DNA from: an uncultured delta proteobacterium
GTDB taxonomy: Bacteria > Myxococcota_A > Polyangia > Haliangiales > Haliangiaceae
DNA length: 64,000 nucleotides
Direction of reading: 5' to 3'
Assembly: GCA_963848295.1 (NCBI GenBank)
Contig: CAWKDB010000010.1
Coordinates: forward strand, 1,696,001-1,760,000
The notes beneath the pieces are model-generated. The model was not told where the DNA came from, did not search any database, and was given only the letters and a program-made list of their open reading frames with translations. Shown piece by piece: positions 29,068-38,499 of the stretch. Position numbers and translations under genes: made by a program. Every line of letters starts with the position of its first letter. The first letter of the stretch is position 1.

Positions 29068-29394
29068 GTGGGCCGTCGGTTGCTGTCGCTGGTGCTGTGC
29101 ACGAGCTGCTCGTACTTCGCGGTCCACGGGCCGGGTGGCGAGAAGGATCCGCCGTGCACCGAGAGCGCGTTCTTGCCCTCGGCGGACGGCGTGATCGGCA
29201 CGTTCGCCGTCGCGGGAGCGATCGCGGGCGAGGTCGTCGACCACAAGAGCTCGCATCCGATCGATCACTTCGAGCTCTTGATCGGCCTGCCGGTGCTGAT
29301 CGCCGGGTTCACGTTCCTGTTCTCGGCGAACCACGGCACCGACAAGGTCGAAGAGTGCCGCGCGTCGAAGCCGCCGCCGCCGCCCGCCGAGTGA
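29068..29394 (+). CDS. Small lipoprotein/membrane protein
   Basis: Cys-containing signal (CTSC), two hydrophobic segments, Pro-rich end. Confidence 0.6.
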   Translation: MGRRLLSLVLCTSCSYFAVHGPGGEKDPPCTESAFLPSADGVIGTFAVAGAIAGEVVDHKSSHPIDHFELLIGLPVLIAGFTFLFSANHGTDKVEECRASKPPPPPAE

Positions 29395-29401
29395 TCGCGG
29401 C

Positions 29402-31279
29402 TTACTGCTGCGCGCCGGCGATCAGCGCCTTGTACGTCGCATCCGGTCCGGGCAGACCAGCGCAGGCATGCGCCGCGGTCCCGACGGTCTGCGCACCGTA
29501 CGCGTAGTCGAGCGTGCATTCGTGCAGCTCGATCGTGGTCGCCGCGTGAGCGAACGCGAACGGCAACACCGCCGGCAGATAATCGGCTGCCCAGATTTGG
29601 CCGCCGGCATACGTGCCATCGGCGACGCCGGTCGCCGCGAACTGCACCATGGTATTCGGCGTGCAACTCGCGGCCGCGACGAACCACGAGCCGTTCAGCG
29701 CGTCGTTCGCGTTGCCGGTGACCTGCACGGTCGTCGTTCCAGTGCAATACAGCGAGCAGCCCGCACCGCAGGTCGCGGTCGCCACGCCGGCGCTGACCGT
29801 GATGCTATCGATCGCGAAGGTCTCGGCTTGCACACCACCACCGCCGGGCCAATAGGTCTGCAGGTGACGGATGACCGGCGCGGTGCGAAACACGTCGAAG
29901 TTCTCGACCCAATCGTGACGAGTGACCTTGCCCGCGTTGTAGAGCGCGATGTCGGACAAGCTCACACTTTCGTTGCCGAAGCCGAGCCCGTTGGCGACCG
30001 CCGAGACCGCGGAGGCATCGGCGTACGCCCAGTTGGCGTTGAACGGCGGGCCATCGTGTGACGAGATATCGAGTGGAATCGCGCTGTGTTGAGCGGCGAT
30101 AAACGCGTAGACCGAGTGCACGAAGCCGAGGTAGGCCGCGTCGGTAAAGCCTTTCGCCGCGCCGTTCGGTCCCGGCCACATCGCGTACTTCACCGCACCG
30201 CTGTCGCTGTTGGCGAGGCCGGTATTGCGCCAGCTCGCCACCGATCCATCCGCTGCGGTGTTGCAGCCTGCGGTCTGGCACCACGTCGGCGCGGTCGCCG
30301 CCGAAGCGCCATCACTGTTCGCGACGAAGTAGTAATCACCAGCGTTGCCGCTCGTCGGTTGGATCAAGTCGCCGGCGCGAACCGCGGCGCTCGCGGTCCA
30401 GTCGGTCGAGGGTACGAAACCAGTCGACGCGCACGCCGGATCGTCTTCGCCGCCGTGAAAACCGACGCGGATGTACGCGAAGTACGGCGCGAGCGTAGGT
30501 CCGTCACCGCTACCTGCGGCCGAGTAGTGGACGAGCAGCGCCGCGAGAAAGTGCTCGTACGCGGTCGTGAACGGCACTTCGTATTCGACTGGAAAGCCGG
30601 AGAAGTTCGTCGTGGGAAACGGTCCGGTCAGCGCGAGCCCGCTGCCCGCGACGATCTGACCACCCGCGACATTCCACGTCGCGAAGTCGGCGCCGCCGAA
30701 CGTCCCGGTGATCGGCGAGCCGACCGCCCAACCTTCGCTGCCGCCCTGCATGTTCTTGCACACCGCTACGTCTTGCGGCGGCGCACCGAGCGAGGTCGCG
30801 TAGGACTGGCTGTATACATAGCTCGGCGTGTACGTGTTGTCGTCGCCGGAGTCGCCGGTCGGCGAGACGATCAGCACGATCTTGCAGGCGCGACCGCCCG
30901 CGCAGCCCGATCCGAACGGCGTCGTCGCGTTCGTCGCGTACTTCATGAGCAGCGAGTCGAGCGCAGCCCAATGAAAGTCAGGTTCGGTAGCGCACGGCGC
31001 GGCGCCGCAGGCATCGATCGCGGACCAGCGCACGATCGCGCCGATGCCCGAGACATTCGGCAACACGTCGGACAAGAAATTGTCGAAGTGCGTGGTGTCC
31101 GCCGGACTCGGTGCCTCGAATGCGATCACGAGCGCCGGGCTCGTCGCACCTGAGCCGGCGTCGGAGCCGCTGGCGTCGACGACGTTCGCATCCGGGGTCG
31201 AGGTTCCGCTGTCCGGCGCAGCAGACTTTGTAGGTCCGTTGCACGCGGTGATGCAGGCTAAGGCGATGATAGGGCGCAT
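29402..31279 (-). CDS. Large lipoprotein, possible glycoside-hydrolase-like core with inserted modules
   Basis: Lipobox ITAC. VRWSAID and FHWAALD resemble GH-type barrels. Internal WTASAAVRAGDLIQP...APTW...DGSVASW module. Confidence 0.6.
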   Translation of the reverse strand: MRPIIALACITACNGPTKSAAPDSGTSTPDANVVDASGSDAGSGATSPALVIAFEAPSPADTTHFDNFLSDVLPNVSGIGAIVRWSAIDACGAAPCATEPDFHWAALDSLLMKYATNATTPFGSGCAGGRACKIVLIVSPTGDSGDDNTYTPSYVYSQSYATSLGAPPQDVAVCKNMQGGSEGWAVGSPITGTFGGADFATWNVAGGQIVAGSGLALTGPFPTTNFSGFPVEYEVPFTTAYEHFLAALLVHYSAAGSGDGPTLAPYFAYIRVGFHGGEDDPACASTGFVPSTDWTASAAVRAGDLIQPTSGNAGDYYFVANSDGASAATAPTWCQTAGCNTAADGSVASWRNTGLANSDSGAVKYAMWPGPNGAAKGFTDAAYLGFVHSVYAFIAAQHSAIPLDISSHDGPPFNANWAYADASAVSAVANGLGFGNESVSLSDIALYNAGKVTRHDWVENFDVFRTAPVIRHLQTYWPGGGGVQAETFAIDSITVSAGVATATCGAGCSLYCTGTTTVQVTGNANDALNGSWFVAAASCTPNTMVQFAATGVADGTYAGGQIWAADYLPAVLPFAFAHAATTIELHECTLDYAYGAQTVGTAAHACAGLPGPDATYKALIAGAQQ

Positions 31280-31295
31280 ATATGCGGTGACCCGT

Positions 31296-31311
31296 TGCAA
31301 CGCACGTACCC
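31296..31311 (-). promoter_or_regulatory. Putative sigma54 promoter
   Basis: Minus strand GGGTACGTGCGTTGCA has GG-N10-GC spacing with TTGCA, upstream of ATG 31279. Confidence 0.55.
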
Positions 31312-31355
31312 GCACAGGTAGGCCGCGCAGCCCGATCCGCTGTCCGGTCGAGCAG

Positions 31356-32117
31356 TCAGTGTCCTGCGAGGAAGTCAGCGATCGCCGCCGCGAAGTCCGT
31401 CGTATCGACGGTCGTGCACTGCGGGAGCTCGCGGCGATAAACCTCGGCAACCTCCCGTGGATGCTGCGGGTCGACGCCGGGCACGAGCAGCACCGGTGGC
31501 GCGATCGCGGCGAGCTCCGCCGCGGTGGCGAACGGCTGGGCGCCGGAGGCCATAAACCGGGTCAGCGCCGCGACGCTCGCCGGATCGTACGTCGCGAACG
31601 CTTGGCGCGCGGCCGCTTGCACCGCGAGTGGCAACGCGGCGAGCAGCGGGAACATCGCGTTCATGCCTTCGGTCAGCGCGCGCGCACCGGCATCCGCCAT
31701 CGCCTGCATCGCCGCGGCTTGCGCCGGCGTGAGCCCGATGTCGCCGCCCGCGAACGCCGGGTGGAGCACGACGAGCGCTTGCACGAGCTCGGGATGGCGC
31801 AACGCGACGCGCACCGCGACGCCCGCGCCGAACGAGATCCCGCCGATCACCGCGCGCGCCAGGCCGAGATGGCGAACCAGCGCGACGATGTCGTCGGCGA
31901 GCAGATCCCACGTGATCGCGCCCGCGTAGATCGAGCGGCCGCTGGCGCGCAGGTCCGGCGTGATCACGCGAAACCGCTCGGTCAGCGATCCAGCGATCAG
32001 CTGTGCCCGGCGATGAGTCGCCAGACCGCCGTGCAGCAACACGATCGGCGTGCCCGCGCCGGCTTCGACCGCAAACAGCGACGTGCCGGCGTGCTCGAAG
32101 TGGATCTCCGTCGTCAT
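31356..32117 (-). CDS. Alpha/beta-fold hydrolase
   Basis: LLHGG, PDLRASGRS, nucleophile elbow GISFG, DPQHP. Confidence 0.88.
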   Translation of the reverse strand: MTTEIHFEHAGTSLFAVEAGAGTPIVLLHGGLATHRRAQLIAGSLTERFRVITPDLRASGRSIYAGAITWDLLADDIVALVRHLGLARAVIGGISFGAGVAVRVALRHPELVQALVVLHPAFAGGDIGLTPAQAAAMQAMADAGARALTEGMNAMFPLLAALPLAVQAAARQAFATYDPASVAALTRFMASGAQPFATAAELAAIAPPVLLVPGVDPQHPREVAEVYRRELPQCTTVDTTDFAAAIADFLAGH

Positions 32118-32133
32118 CTGCACCTTTTTCCGG

Positions 32134-32163
32134 AAAGCAAAACGCCAGCCGGAGTGGCTGGCG
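32134..32163 (-). terminator. Intrinsic terminator
   Basis: Minus strand CGCCAGCC-ACTCC-GGCTGGCG followed by TTTTGCTTT. Confidence 0.75.
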
Positions 32164-32207
32164 CGTGGCTCGTGTTACCAAATCGCCGGCTGACTTGGCA
32201 ATAGGGT

Positions 32208-32633
32208 CTAATGAGCGCGCATCGTCTTACCGCAGGCTTCGATGTCGGCGTCGTCCTTCGCGGCGAGTCGACAGGCGAGCGCCGCGGGGGGCCAGGTCAT
32301 GCACGCCGCGAGGAGGCGCTTGCGATCTCCCTCCGGCATTGGCGCCGTGGAGATCGCCGCGAGGTGATCAGCGGCATCGCGGCAGCGCTCCTCGCGCGAG
32401 GGCCGATTGCCGCAGTGATCGATGTCGGCGTCGTCCTTCGCGGCAAGCAGGCAGGTGAGGGTCGCGTCCGTCCAGGTCATGCACGCAGCGACGACGCGCC
32501 TGCGATCGTCCTCGGGCATCTTCGACGTCGAGACCGCGGCGAGGTGATCAGCGGCTTCGCGACAGCGCTCGTCACGCGACGGCAGCTTGTTCGTGCAGCT
32601 CGCGATCAAGAGGACCATGACCCATCGCTTCAT
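32208..32633 (-). CDS. Cys-rich lipoprotein with a tandem 60-aa duplication
   Basis: Lipobox IASC. Two copies of RC..AADHLAA.ST..MPE.DR....AACMTW....L.C.LAAKDDADI..CG. Confidence 0.8.
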   Translation of the reverse strand: MKRWVMVLLIASCTNKLPSRDERCREAADHLAAVSTSKMPEDDRRRVVAACMTWTDATLTCLLAAKDDADIDHCGNRPSREERCRDAADHLAAISTAPMPEGDRKRLLAACMTWPPAALACRLAAKDDADIEACGKTMRAH

Positions 32634-32791
32634 GTTCGCGACGGTAACGCACGTTGCCGACGCCGCCGCTGCGCTCGCTTGAAGTTACACAGATTGCCAC
32701 GTGTAAGCGGCGCGCTCGGCTCGCGTTGAAAGGCTGTCTGGCAGCCGCCGCGTCGATCTCGGCGCGGCACGGCCGCCGTTGGAGGTCAGCT

Positions 32792-34255
32792 ATGCGCCGA
32801 CTGTTATTCGTTTGCGCCCTCGCCGCCTGTGGTGAGGGCGGTCGCATGTACGCCGCCCGCCCGTTCGTCACCGCCGCGGGCGACCCGTCGACCGGCGAGG
32901 CCTATCACGATTGGGGCAAGAACCCGTGGATGGAGACCAGCGTCGACCATCTGTCGACGTTCGCCGCCGATGTCGACACCGCGTCGTACACGCTCGCGCG
33001 GCGCAAGCTCGAATCCGGCGAGCTGCCGGCGACCGCCGCGGTGCGGGTCGAAGAGTGGGTGAACTACTTCGGCTACGCGCTGCCGCATCCGGACGCCGAC
33101 TCGCCGTTCGGAGTCGTGATGGATGCGGCGCCGTCGCCGTTCGATCCGAGCCGCTACGTGCTGCGGGTCTCGGTCGGCACCGAGCACGAGACGGCGGAGC
33201 AGCGCCGGCCGGCGAACCTGGTGTTCCTCGTCGACACCTCGGGCTCGATGGACGCGCCCGATCGGTTTCCGCTCGTCCAGAAGTCGCTGCACATCCTGCT
33301 CGATCATCTGACCGAGCGCGACACCGTGGCGCTCGCGACCTATGCCGGCACGTCGCGCCTCGTGCTGCCGGCGACGAGCATGCGCGACAAGGCGACGATC
33401 GAGCGCGCGCTCGACGACTTGCACGCCGGTGGCAGCACGGCGATGGCCGGCGGGATCGACGTCGCGTACGCGCAAGCGATGAAGGGCCTCGCGCCCGGCG
33501 TGATCTCGCGCGTCATCGTCTGCACCGACGGCGACGCGAACGTCGGGCCGCATTCGTACGAAGAGATGCTCGCGCTGATCGCGGAGCGCGCGAAGCAAGG
33601 CGTCTCGCTGTCGACGATCGGCTTCGGTGTCGGCAACTACAAGGACGAGACGCTCGAGGAGCTCGCCGACAAGGGCAATGGCAACAACTACTACATCGAC
33701 ACCGAGCAGCAAGCGCGGCGCGTGTTCGGCGAGCAACTCGAATCGACGATCGAGGTCGTCGCGAAGGACGTCAAGCTCCAGGTCGACTTCGACCCCGCCC
33801 AGGTCGCGCGCTACCGCCTGATCGGCTACGAGAATCGCGACGTCGCGGACAAGGACTTCCGCAACGACAAGGTCGCCGCCGGCCAGGTCGGCCCGGGTCA
33901 CGAGGTCACCGCGCTGTACGAGCTCGAGCTGCAACCGAACGCGCACGGCTCGCTCGGCGTCGTGCGGATCCGACACAAGGCGCCGGAGGGCGTCACCTCG
34001 ACCGAGTCGCAGTTTCCGATGACCGCTCCGCCGGCACCGACGTTCGCGCAAGCCTCGCGGGATCTGCAGTTCGCGTTCGCGGTCGCCGCGTTCGCCGACG
34101 TGCTGCGCGACGGCCCGGACGCAAAGACGTGGTCGCTCGATGCGATTCGCACGATCGCGGCGGCCTCGGCCGGCGCGGATCACGACCGCGGCGAGCTCGT
34201 GTCGCTGATCGACCGCGCGCGTCAGCTGCGCGGCGGAACGAAGGTCGCGCGTTAG
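32792..34255 (+). CDS. YfbK-like VWA-domain lipoprotein (vWF_A + VWA + DUF3520-like)
   Basis: GGAGG RBS, lipobox LAAC, STFAADVDTASY, VRVEEWVNYF, DTSGSM, TDGDANVG, YRLIGYENR, DFRNDKV, VTALYE. Confidence 0.9.
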   Translation: MRRLLFVCALAACGEGGRMYAARPFVTAAGDPSTGEAYHDWGKNPWMETSVDHLSTFAADVDTASYTLARRKLESGELPATAAVRVEEWVNYFGYALPHPDADSPFGVVMDAAPSPFDPSRYVLRVSVGTEHETAEQRRPANLVFLVDTSGSMDAPDRFPLVQKSLHILLDHLTERDTVALATYAGTSRLVLPATSMRDKATIERALDDLHAGGSTAMAGGIDVAYAQAMKGLAPGVISRVIVCTDGDANVGPHSYEEMLALIAERAKQGVSLSTIGFGVGNYKDETLEELADKGNGNNYYIDTEQQARRVFGEQLESTIEVVAKDVKLQVDFDPAQVARYRLIGYENRDVADKDFRNDKVAAGQVGPGHEVTALYELELQPNAHGSLGVVRIRHKAPEGVTSTESQFPMTAPPAPTFAQASRDLQFAFAVAAFADVLRDGPDAKTWSLDAIRTIAAASAGADHDRGELVSLIDRARQLRGGTKVAR

Positions 34256-35181
34256 CTCACAGGCGCGTCGAGCGCGGCCGCGTAGTCGACCGGCCCTACC
34301 GGCACGATGCGCGTAGGGTTCACGTTGTCCTGGCTCCAGTAGTAGTGCGTCTTGATGTCGTCGAGGAAACAGGTCGGTCGGATGCCAGGGTGCTGGTACA
34401 TCCGGCGCGTGAACGCCCACAGCCCCGGGTAGTCGCGCAGGCGACGCACGTTGCACTTGAAGTGGCTGTAGTAGACGAGGTCGAGGCGCAGCATCGTCGT
34501 GAACATCGCGATGTCGGCCTCGGTCATCTGCGTGCCACATAGGTACGGCTGCGCGGTGAGCACGCGCTCCCAGTGATCGAGCGCTGCGAACAGCTCGCCG
34601 ACCGCGATCTCGTAGGCGCTCTGCGTCCGCGCGAAGCCGCAGCGATACACGCCATTGTTGATCGGCATGAAGATGAGATCGATGACGCGATCGATCTCGG
34701 TTCGGAGCTCCGGCGGCGCGAGTGTATCGACGAGCGGCGCGCGCGACAGCGGCGCGAAGTCGACATCGAACATCCGCATGATCTCGCGCGACTCGTTGTT
34801 GACGATCGTGTTGCGCTCGCGGTCCCACAGCACCGGTACGCTGACGCGGCCGGTGTACTTCGGATCGGCGCGCAGGTAGACGTCGCGCAAGTGCAGCGCG
34901 TTGCCGATCGGGTCCGGATCATCCGCGCGCATCGGCCAGCCGTCTTCGCCCATGTGCGGGTCGACGATCGTCACGCTGATCGCATCGGACAACCCGCGCA
35001 GCGACCGCGTGATCAGCGTGCGATGCGCCCACGGGCACGCGCGCGCCGCATAGAGGTGATAGCGACCGCCGACGACCTCGGTCACGCGGTTGCGGAACGC
35101 TGTGGTGGGACGGGTGAAGGCTCCTGCTTTGTCGGTAGCGAACCCTGCGGTTGTCCAGACGCCGTCGACGAGCTGACCCAT
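34252..35181 (-). CDS. yqjG: Glutathionyl-hydroquinone reductase (GST Xi class)
   Basis: MGQLVDGVW, RYHLY..ACPWAHR, VPVLWD, VNNESREI, INNGVYRCGFA, HFKCN, NPTRIVP. Confidence 0.92.
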   Translation of the reverse strand: MGQLVDGVWTTAGFATDKAGAFTRPTTAFRNRVTEVVGGRYHLYAARACPWAHRTLITRSLRGLSDAISVTIVDPHMGEDGWPMRADDPDPIGNALHLRDVYLRADPKYTGRVSVPVLWDRERNTIVNNESREIMRMFDVDFAPLSRAPLVDTLAPPELRTEIDRVIDLIFMPINNGVYRCGFARTQSAYEIAVGELFAALDHWERVLTAQPYLCGTQMTEADIAMFTTMLRLDLVYYSHFKCNVRRLRDYPGLWAFTRRMYQHPGIRPTCFLDDIKTHYYWSQDNVNPTRIVPVGPVDYAAALDAPVS

Positions 35182-36134
35182 GCATCGTGCGTAGCACTCC
35201 GTTCGATGGCCGTCATGTATTCGACCACCGCGGCTTCGAGCTGATCGACTCCCGGATGCTCGGTCGGCATGTGACTGGCGCCCTCGAGCACGACCATCCG
35301 CTTCGGCGCGGCGAGCCGGTCGAAAAAGCGGCGCGACAACGCGATGTCGGTCATCCGATCGACGCCTGGATGCGCGAGCAATACCGGGCAGACGCGAAAG
35401 TCTTCGGGCTCGATCGCCGGCGCCGTCGTCATCAACGTGCGCAGGAAGCGCGCCGGCACCCAGTTGCCGCCGCCGAGCCGATCCGACGCGACGAGCCGCG
35501 ACAGCTCGGGCTTGTTCGAGATGTGCTGCATCCGCGACATCAACGCCATCGGCAACGGCAAGCCATCCGTGATCGGCGCGAGCTTGTCGAGCAGCCACAA
35601 GCCGGCGGTGCCGAGCCATGGATGACGCGCGAACCCTTGGCGCACCGGCTTCTCGCGCGGATCGGCGAGCGTCGTCGCGACGAGGCCGACCGGCTTGCGC
35701 GACTGCGCGACCGCTTGGTACGCGAGCAAGCCGCCGAGCGAGACGCCGAACACCACGACCGGACGACCGTCACGCGCGAGCTCGGCGTCGATCAGGTCGG
35801 TGACGCAATCGACCCACAGCGGATACGTCATCTGCTTCCACGGCACCTTCGTCAGGCCGTAGCCCGGCAGATCGGGAGAGACCGTCTCGTAACCGTGGCG
35901 CTGTGCGAGCACCGCGGCGGGAGCCATCACGCGGCCGTACGCGCCGGCGCCGTGCAGGACGATGACCTTGAGCTTCGCGTCGGGGACCGCGAGCCGATCG
36001 AGGTGGACGTCGAGGCCGCGCCAGCGCCAATACTCTTCGCGCGGCGTCGAGCTCGGCGTGCAGCGCATCGCCGGCGGAAAGTGCGGCTGATACTGCCGCC
36101 AGATCGGGTGATCGTCGTAGCTGGAGAGCGTCAT
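35082..36134 (-). CDS. Alpha/beta-fold hydrolase (lysophospholipase-like)
   Basis: LHGAG, PDLPGYG, GVSLGG, HPGVD, ASHMP. The reading frame extends 100 nt into the downstream gene. Confidence 0.85.
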   Translation of the reverse strand: MTLSSYDDHPIWRQYQPHFPPAMRCTPSSTPREEYWRWRGLDVHLDRLAVPDAKLKVIVLHGAGAYGRVMAPAAVLAQRHGYETVSPDLPGYGLTKVPWKQMTYPLWVDCVTDLIDAELARDGRPVVVFGVSLGGLLAYQAVAQSRKPVGLVATTLADPREKPVRQGFARHPWLGTAGLWLLDKLAPITDGLPLPMALMSRMQHISNKPELSRLVASDRLGGGNWVPARFLRTLMTTAPAIEPEDFRVCPVLLAHPGVDRMTDIALSRRFFDRLAAPKRMVVLEGASHMPTEHPGVDQLEAAVVEYMTAIERSATHDAWVSSSTASGQPQGSLPTKQEPSPVPPQRSATA

Positions 36135-36169
36135 GCACGCGTTGTCGCGCATGCAGCGGCCGGCGGCAG

Positions 36170-36205
36170 TGACCGCGCGCGCCACAACGCTGACCGCTCG
36201 CGCTA
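36170..36205 (-). promoter_or_regulatory. Putative AraC-family tandem binding sites
   Basis: Plus-strand TGACCGCGCGCGCCA and TGACCGCTCGCGCTA with 21-bp period. The same motif occurs at 38500-38535. Confidence 0.6.
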
Positions 36206-36208
36206 CTT

Positions 36209-37006
36209 TTACTTGTCGTAGAAGGAGCCGCCGAAGGAGACCTGCGCGCCCATGCCTGCGACCGGGGTCGAGGCGGCGTCGTAATAGTCGAGGAACGGTG
36301 TCCACGTCATGCCGCCGACGGGCTGGACCTCGATGATCGCCGTGACGGTGAACGCGGTGCCGGTGATCTCGGCGCCGTAGGTCCCGAGCCGCGCAGGCAC
36401 CCCGAGCGTCCCGACATCGGCGAACGGGAATGGCGTGTTGTTGCCGTCGACAATCGTCATCGTCAACCGGCCGGTCAGCGCAGGCATCGTGCCGTCGGCG
36501 AGTGCGATGTGCGTCGCGTTGATGAACACGAGCGTGCCGGTCGCCAGCATCGAATCGGGCGCGTCGAAGCCCCAGCCTTCGGTCGAGTCGATCGGCCCGT
36601 CGAGGGAGACCCCGCACGGGGTCGCCGGGTCGTCGCAGATGATCCAGTAGATGTGGAACAGGTCGCCGCGCTGGATGCCGGCGTAGGTCCACGTCAGGCC
36701 ACCCGCCCTGCCGAGATCCCCCGCGGTGGTCCAGGCGAGGTCGTACGGCGGAAAGCTCGGCTCGAGCGTCGGCGTCAGCTGCGAGTCGGCGCAACCGACC
36801 TTGTTGACGACCTCGCCGGGCGCGGTGTTCGGACACTTGTCGGTGACGTCGGGCACCCCGTCGCCGTCTGCGTCGCACAGATCGCCGCACGACGCGTCGC
36901 CGTTGCCGAACGCGTCGCCGGGAGCATCGGTGGACTTACCTCGGGCGCAGCCCAGCGCCAGCAGCAGCGCGGGTGCGATCACGAGGGCTCGGGCGTCCAG
37001 CTTCAT
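36209..37006 (-). CDS. Lipoprotein with a thrombospondin type-3-like Ca-binding repeat
   Basis: Lipobox ALGC, DADGDGVPDVTDKCPNT...GC. Confidence 0.75.
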   Translation of the reverse strand: MKLDARALVIAPALLLALGCARGKSTDAPGDAFGNGDASCGDLCDADGDGVPDVTDKCPNTAPGEVVNKVGCADSQLTPTLEPSFPPYDLAWTTAGDLGRAGGLTWTYAGIQRGDLFHIYWIICDDPATPCGVSLDGPIDSTEGWGFDAPDSMLATGTLVFINATHIALADGTMPALTGRLTMTIVDGNNTPFPFADVGTLGVPARLGTYGAEITGTAFTVTAIIEVQPVGGMTWTPFLDYYDAASTPVAGMGAQVSFGGSFYDK

Positions 37007-37076
37007 GTCCGTTCCAACTCATCCCACGGTCATCCGTCAAGGTCAATCATACCGATTGTCGGGCACCCCGTAAACG

Positions 37077-38072
37077 CTAAGCCGGAGCCAGCACGCCGCG
37101 CCGCCGCGCCTCGAGTGGAGTCGTGCCGGTCCACCGCTTGAACGCGCGGAAGAACGCACTCGGCTCGGAAAAGCCGAGCAGAAACGAGACCTCGGCGATC
37201 GACAGTCGCTCCTCGAGGTAACGGGTCGCGAGCTCCTTGCGCGTCGCGTCGCGTACGGCCTGGAACGACGTGCCTTCGTCCTTGAGCCGGCGCTGTAGGC
37301 TACGCGGCGACAGCCCGAGCCGCTTCGCGATCCGCTCGGCGCTGCCCTCGTCTTCGCGCAACGTGTCGCGCAGCACGCGCGCGACGTGCGCCGCGAGCGA
37401 CGGATCCGACGGCGCGCGCTTCTGCAGCTCGTCCGCGGCGCGGGTCAAGATCGCGAGCAGCGCGGGATCGGACGAGACCAACGCGGCGTCGAGCGCACTC
37501 GCCGGCACCACGAGCTGCGTCTGTTGCGCGCCGAACGTCACCGGAGCGTCGAACCACGCGCGGTGCGCCGCCGCATCGCCGCGATGGGTGTACTCGACCG
37601 CAGCGATCCGGAACGGCGCGGCCGAGAGTTGCCTCGCCTGCTGTGCGACGAGCGCGAAGCACAGCTCGTGCGACGCCGGAGCCGGCGCTTCACTCTCGCG
37701 CACGACCCGCAGGTATGCGCGATCGCCCTCGACCTCGAGCGCGACCTCGACCGCGTCGTCGAGCAGGTTGAGGTAGCGCACCCAGCGCTGCAGCGCTTCG
37801 CCGAGCGTCGGTGCGGCGCGGCACACGTACTCGACGATGCCGAACGAGCCCGCCGGCGTCGCGCGGGCGATCGCGAGCGCGAGCTGAGGCTCGCCGGTCA
37901 ACCGCGCCGCTTCGGCCCACGCGACACAGAACTGCGCGGGTGAGATCCGCGCATCGTCGTCGCCGAGCAGCTCCGGCGTCAGATCGGTCGCGCCCCAGAA
38001 CGCCGCGAGCCGCGCGGTCCCAATGGCCGCGGCGAGCGGACGGACGAGCACGACGCTAACCGAGCCGGCCAT
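37077..38072 (-). CDS. AraC-family transcriptional regulator (Arabinose_bd_2-type N-terminus)
   Basis: APTLGEAL, FDAPVTFGA, LSPRSLQRRLKDEGTSF, SFLLGFSEPSAFFRAFKRWTGTTP. Confidence 0.95.
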   Translation of the reverse strand: MAGSVSVVLVRPLAAAIGTARLAAFWGATDLTPELLGDDDARISPAQFCVAWAEAARLTGEPQLALAIARATPAGSFGIVEYVCRAAPTLGEALQRWVRYLNLLDDAVEVALEVEGDRAYLRVVRESEAPAPASHELCFALVAQQARQLSAAPFRIAAVEYTHRGDAAAHRAWFDAPVTFGAQQTQLVVPASALDAALVSSDPALLAILTRAADELQKRAPSDPSLAAHVARVLRDTLREDEGSAERIAKRLGLSPRSLQRRLKDEGTSFQAVRDATRKELATRYLEERLSIAEVSFLLGFSEPSAFFRAFKRWTGTTPLEARRRGVLAPA

Positions 38073-38079
38073 GACGCGA

Positions 38080-38463
38080 TTATCGCGCGAACAGCCAGAC
38101 GACGAGCCAGCTAAGGCCGCCGGTCGTCGCGAAGGCTGCCGAAATCAAACCGGCGCGCGCGATCCCCTGCCGGCGCAACAAGGGAATCGAGATCGCGACC
38201 AGGTCGCCAGCATCCATCGCCGCCTGGAACAGCGCGACGAACGGGAGCGCCTCGGGATGGCGCACCGCCCACAGCGCGAGCACGCCGAGGCCGATGTCGC
38301 GCACGCCAAAGAACCGCGCCATCAACCGCGCGGTCGGCGTGTCGTGGCCGGCGGGGAATCCGAGGAGACGCGCGGTCCGACCGGCGGCGACGAACGGTGC
38401 GACGCCGAGGCCGATGCGAACGAGCGCCATGATGGTGACCGAAGTGCGAAGCAGGTGCGACAT
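38080..38463 (-). CDS. Small membrane protein (DUF4267-like)
   Basis: Four hydrophobic segments and an ARFFGVRDIGLG motif. Confidence 0.65.
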   Translation of the reverse strand: MSHLLRTSVTIMALVRIGLGVAPFVAAGRTARLLGFPAGHDTPTARLMARFFGVRDIGLGVLALWAVRHPEALPFVALFQAAMDAGDLVAISIPLLRRQGIARAGLISAAFATTGGLSWLVVWLFAR

Positions 38464-38499
38464 GCGAGAACGAATCGCACGGCGAGCGCGCCGCACCAC

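Noticed and set aside
32765..32780. Possible sigma54 promoter before the second VWA gene (CGGCACGGCCGCCGTT)
   Set aside because: The -24 half is good, but the -12 position reads GT instead of GC.
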